Below, piece by piece: positions 60,364 to 64,000 of a DNA stretch of 64,000 bases; the stretch's first letter is position 1, and every line of letters begins with the position of its first letter. The stretch is from Eledone cirrhosa (Eukaryota): positions 49,600,001 through 49,664,000 of the forward strand of contig OZ024749.1 of NCBI GenBank assembly GCA_964016885.1. The letters run 5' to 3'. The position numbers and the translations under genes were made by a program. A model generated the notes under the pieces. The model did no database searches. It had not been told where the DNA came from and worked only from the letters and a program-made list of their open reading frames with translations.

Positions 60364-61620
60364 ACGAAGGAAAGGTGGTAAAAACCTAGATGGACCATAG
60401 CGCACCAAAGTACTCTCAATACTTAGGGTAGTAGAGTCGGTAATAGGACGCCGTCCGTGTAACTTATGCTCGGAGGACGGAGGAAATGTTACAAATGCTG
60501 TTTTCGTAGAACCAACTCCTAAACAAGAAATACGAACTGGTAACTGCATGCAAACACAGATTGCGTAGGACATACCTTTGTCTCAAACCACATACAGACC
60601 CGGGGGGGGGGGGGGGCAAGGGCTGAAATACCCCGCTTGCCGACTTTCTAAGAGGTAAACCCTACTTACAAATGTAGAGGTAACTTGTTTATATTTGTTT
60701 ATCTTTTCCTCTATATTTCCTTCTTCCACCCATCTCTTCCTAGTCCTTCCACCCCAGATCTCCTTCCTTGTCGTTCCTTTGTTTCACCTTCTCGCCCACC
60801 CCGATGCAGCCCATCGGTTCTCTGTAGCCTCAGTACCCCCACCCCCTAATTTTAAGATAGAATTGGCCGTTTACGCTATTTATAGAAGATACTTGCTTTC
60901 TTTCTGGTTGCTGCCCCATTTCCGTGATTTCTAAATTTCTTAGTGGTATTTCTGCATTAGTTTCTTGTATATTAGTATTTATGTTTTGGGATTCTGAATT
61001 AATATTTAGTATTAGTTTTTTAGTATGTTTGAGCTCAACTTATTAACCTCTCATTGTAAGATAGCATTGGCTTAATACTACTGACTATAGTTGTGGTGTT
61101 AGACCCCCTGTAATAATGACTTTATAACATTTTTCAGTACAATCTCGTATTTAGTATTCCTCTCCACTTATTAAACTTGTCTATAGCCTAGAAATACCAA
61201 TGAGAGATTTGGTGATTGTGGAAGGGGAGTAGAAACCAGAAATTGTTTTTTATATTTTTTATACATTTCCTCATTTTTATTTTTTATAATGGCTTTTTTT
61301 TTAGACCTTCTATACACTATCCTTAGAATCTGCTGTATATATTTCACTTTCAACGCTTGACTGAGTTTCCTCCACACCTTCTCCCTCTTTCTTCTACCGG
61401 CAAGTTCAGCTACCCCTACCTTCCTCAAAATGCCATGATAGAATCATATGTCTTAACAACAAACTGTTGACCCATCCTTTTGACAATCAGTATTTTACCA
61501 TATATGGAATTACCCCCTGAGGAGTTCGACGATTTATTAACCAGGCTAAAAATTCTTATTTAGTCCAGAATTAGCCGTCGAAACGGCTTGAGCTCTGCCG
61601 TCGGAGTAATACTTGTTCCT
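60361..61620 (+). mobile_element. Longest family T copy: 3' end of a Naiad-like PLE with UTR, HHR and an inverted tail
   Basis: 60361-60448 is the inverted tail. 60450-60600 translates CNLCSE / EMLQMLFS*NQLLNKKYELVTACKHR (C..C..E...LLN.+.E....C+H pattern, frameshifted). Ends acttgttcct followed by (AT)n. Confidence 0.82.
61509..61610 (+). ncRNA. Type I hammerhead ribozyme with long stem II and full stem III
   Basis: attacccc CTGAGGA gttc-gacg...cgtc GAAA cggc ttgagctct gccg TC ggagtaat. Triplet GUC; stem I is 7/8 bp and other copies read ggggt, restoring the mismatch. Confidence 0.8.
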
Positions 61621-62671
61621 ATATATATATATATATATATATTACACGTACATATATGATATGTATCCCAACCACAGAAGTTTCTTGTCGCTTATATTTG
61701 AGAAAATCGGGTAATATACACTAGAAATAGAAAAAAATAGACAGAATCAGAGGCGTTTCTACCAACTCTCCTGCTTAGTGTACAATTAAATATATAATTA
61801 AATTACGGTATCCAATCTCCATTGGAATATATATATCGATTTCCCTGACAAAGGAATGTCTGGTGGACATTCAATAAAATCGAGCTAGTATTTGACTGGC
61901 AATTCTTTTTTTTTTCGATCACGGAATAACGAACGTAAAGCTAACATCAAGATAATTTATGGCTCACACCGTAACATGGCGTAAGTATATATATATTTGG
62001 TCAATGCACGTATGTTTGTCGATTCTAATAATTCTATCACTCACCAACACTGAGCTATATTGATTCTGAATTTTAAATTTCCTATCAAGCAACAATTCGT
62101 TATAGCCTTTGTGGAAGGTCATTGAATTAAACAGTGTACAGGAGTGATGTGATACTTATTGTATCATTTCGGAAAAGATGAAAGGCATAATCGACAAGAT
62201 TTTTATTCAAGAATGCTAAAAGATGTGAGAAAATTAGGTCAATGTAATTTTGCTGGCGTCTTCACATTATTTTCCATCAAACAGCTTTCGAGTGTATTAA
62301 TATTCAAAAACAGATTATTTCATTCTACAAGACGCAAGGTCATATATGTTTTTCTTTGTTATTGCGAATAAACATTCGGTTATTTATAGAATTGTGAATA
62401 ACAAATACTGTTATTTACATCATTGATTTGATGCTGAGTAAAAGCAAAGTAGATTATAGCACGATTAACTATCATTATTTTCTTGTTCATAGTATCAAAA
62501 GATTATTTAAAGGGGAATCGTTATCATTGAGTAAATCAACCAAATAATCTATCTGGTATTCACTATGTGTACTCCAGTTATCAGAGAAATAAAGCTTTGC
62601 CAGAAGAATGCTAAATTAGTGTAAAAGTATAAATATATTATTATTTTTATTCTTCTTATTATTATTATTGT

Positions 62672-62818
62672 TGTGGATTGGCAGTATGGATATAACGTCC
62701 GTCAACATGCTTTACGGTATAGAGATAAAATAAAGTACCAGTCACGTACTTGGGTCGATTTAATCGCCTTTCCCCTCCCCAAAAATTGTTGGCCTTGTGC
62801 CTACAGTAGAAACAATTG
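62672..62818 (+). mobile_element. SINE family S long variant, internally deleted, in an (ATT)n context
   Basis: gtggattggcagtat...gataaaataaagtaccag...gggtcgatttaatcgcctttcccctcccc...ggccttgtgcctacagtagaaacaatt. Confidence 0.85.
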
Positions 62819-63780
62819 TTATTATTATTACTATTATAGTTGGTGTTACTACTAACATCATCCCGATTAATACCACAACTACTACCACCACTACTGCTGC
62901 TACTACGACTACTTCAAAAACAACAATAGATTTGTTGAATCAGAAGGACAAATGACGATCTTGAGAAGAGACGTATCTTGAGAATTATTCTGCTGATAGT
63001 GAAGAAGTAATTTAGATATTATAAAAGAAAAGATATTACATTACAGAAAAGTGGGAAAAGCTAATTTGTGAAATCTAGAAAGAATTGATATGAACAGAGA
63101 CGTTTACACAGAAGGTTCTGCCAGAATACGGAAAGGCAACGATATGACAAATCATCCAAGTAAAACAAGATGCGAATTCTGAAGAAAAAGCTAGAGAACT
63201 TAAAACTAGTTCTGAATTAGAGATGCGTATATGATGTATTTCGTGAATGAGAAGTGAGATTGGAGCGTAGCGTTTCTGAACGGATAAAGCTGGCTCAAAA
63301 GGATTAAAAGAACTAAAGGTATGACAAAATGATATAATTTGACATTGGGGAATTTATCGAAAGATTTATCTTGCAGAATAACCATGATTTTAAGCCTCAA
63401 CATGGCATAGAAATTATTCAAATTAACGTACTATGGGATAAGAAATATTATGTTTGTAAATGGAACATTCTCGCTCATAATGTTACACTGAATAAATAGG
63501 AAAGACTATGGAAAACAAGAATAGCGTGAAAACAGATGGCACAAATAGGAAGGTCTCAAATACATGGTATCTAGAATTACTGTTGTTCTCATTCCAATGA
63601 ACGGTGGCTGATTGTCTAAATACTGCTAGGACATGTTGGGTATAGAAGTGGAAATCTGACACTCGGGGAAAGTTTGATTGCCAAATTCAGCGGCTACAAA
63701 TAGAAAGGTGCTACATAGCTAAACTTCCAGATCACAACTTGGTCTCTAGCTATCCAATACCACCGAAAGTGCAATGACAT

Positions 63781-63921
63781 AATTGTTTCTACTGTTGGCA
63801 CAAGACCAGCAATTATCCCAGTGTATTACTGGTACTTTATTTTATCGACCCCGTAAGGATGAAAGGCAAAGTTAACCTCGGCGGGATTTGAACTCAGATC
63901 ATAAAGGGAGGTAAATCTATG
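63781..63921 (-). mobile_element. SINE family S, 5'-truncated
   Basis: Tail, central domain and B box. Confidence 0.9.
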
Positions 63922-64000
63922 ATTAATGATTGAACATTAATAATAAAGATTAACTATTATGATATTCTTATTTTACACTTATTATTATAAATGTGTTCAA

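Overview
AT-rich, microsatellite-dense eukaryotic non-coding DNA. The repeat content resembles a coleoid cephalopod, probably octopus (recognised from memory, not searched). No host exon is supported; nearly all long ORFs in the track are translations of (TA)n/(CA)n arrays. The window holds about 19 copies of one tRNA-derived SINE, dead CRE-type and RTE-type LINE fragments, and several Penelope-like element (PLE) remnants. The main signal is a set of hammerhead ribozyme (HHR) elements inside (TA)n microsatellites. Four unrelated families carry recognisable type I HHRs: 8781-8851 (-), 23865-23905 and 24312-24352 (-), 50127-50172 (+), and 61509-61610 (+). One is a non-coding ~447-bp tandem unit that looks like a retrozyme, and one has a tRNA-like head fused upstream of its HHR. 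All four share an architecture in which the sense terminus is cut short and the missing tail appears only on an inverted copy at the other end. Two SINE junctions also show locally templated insertions with reiterated target sites.
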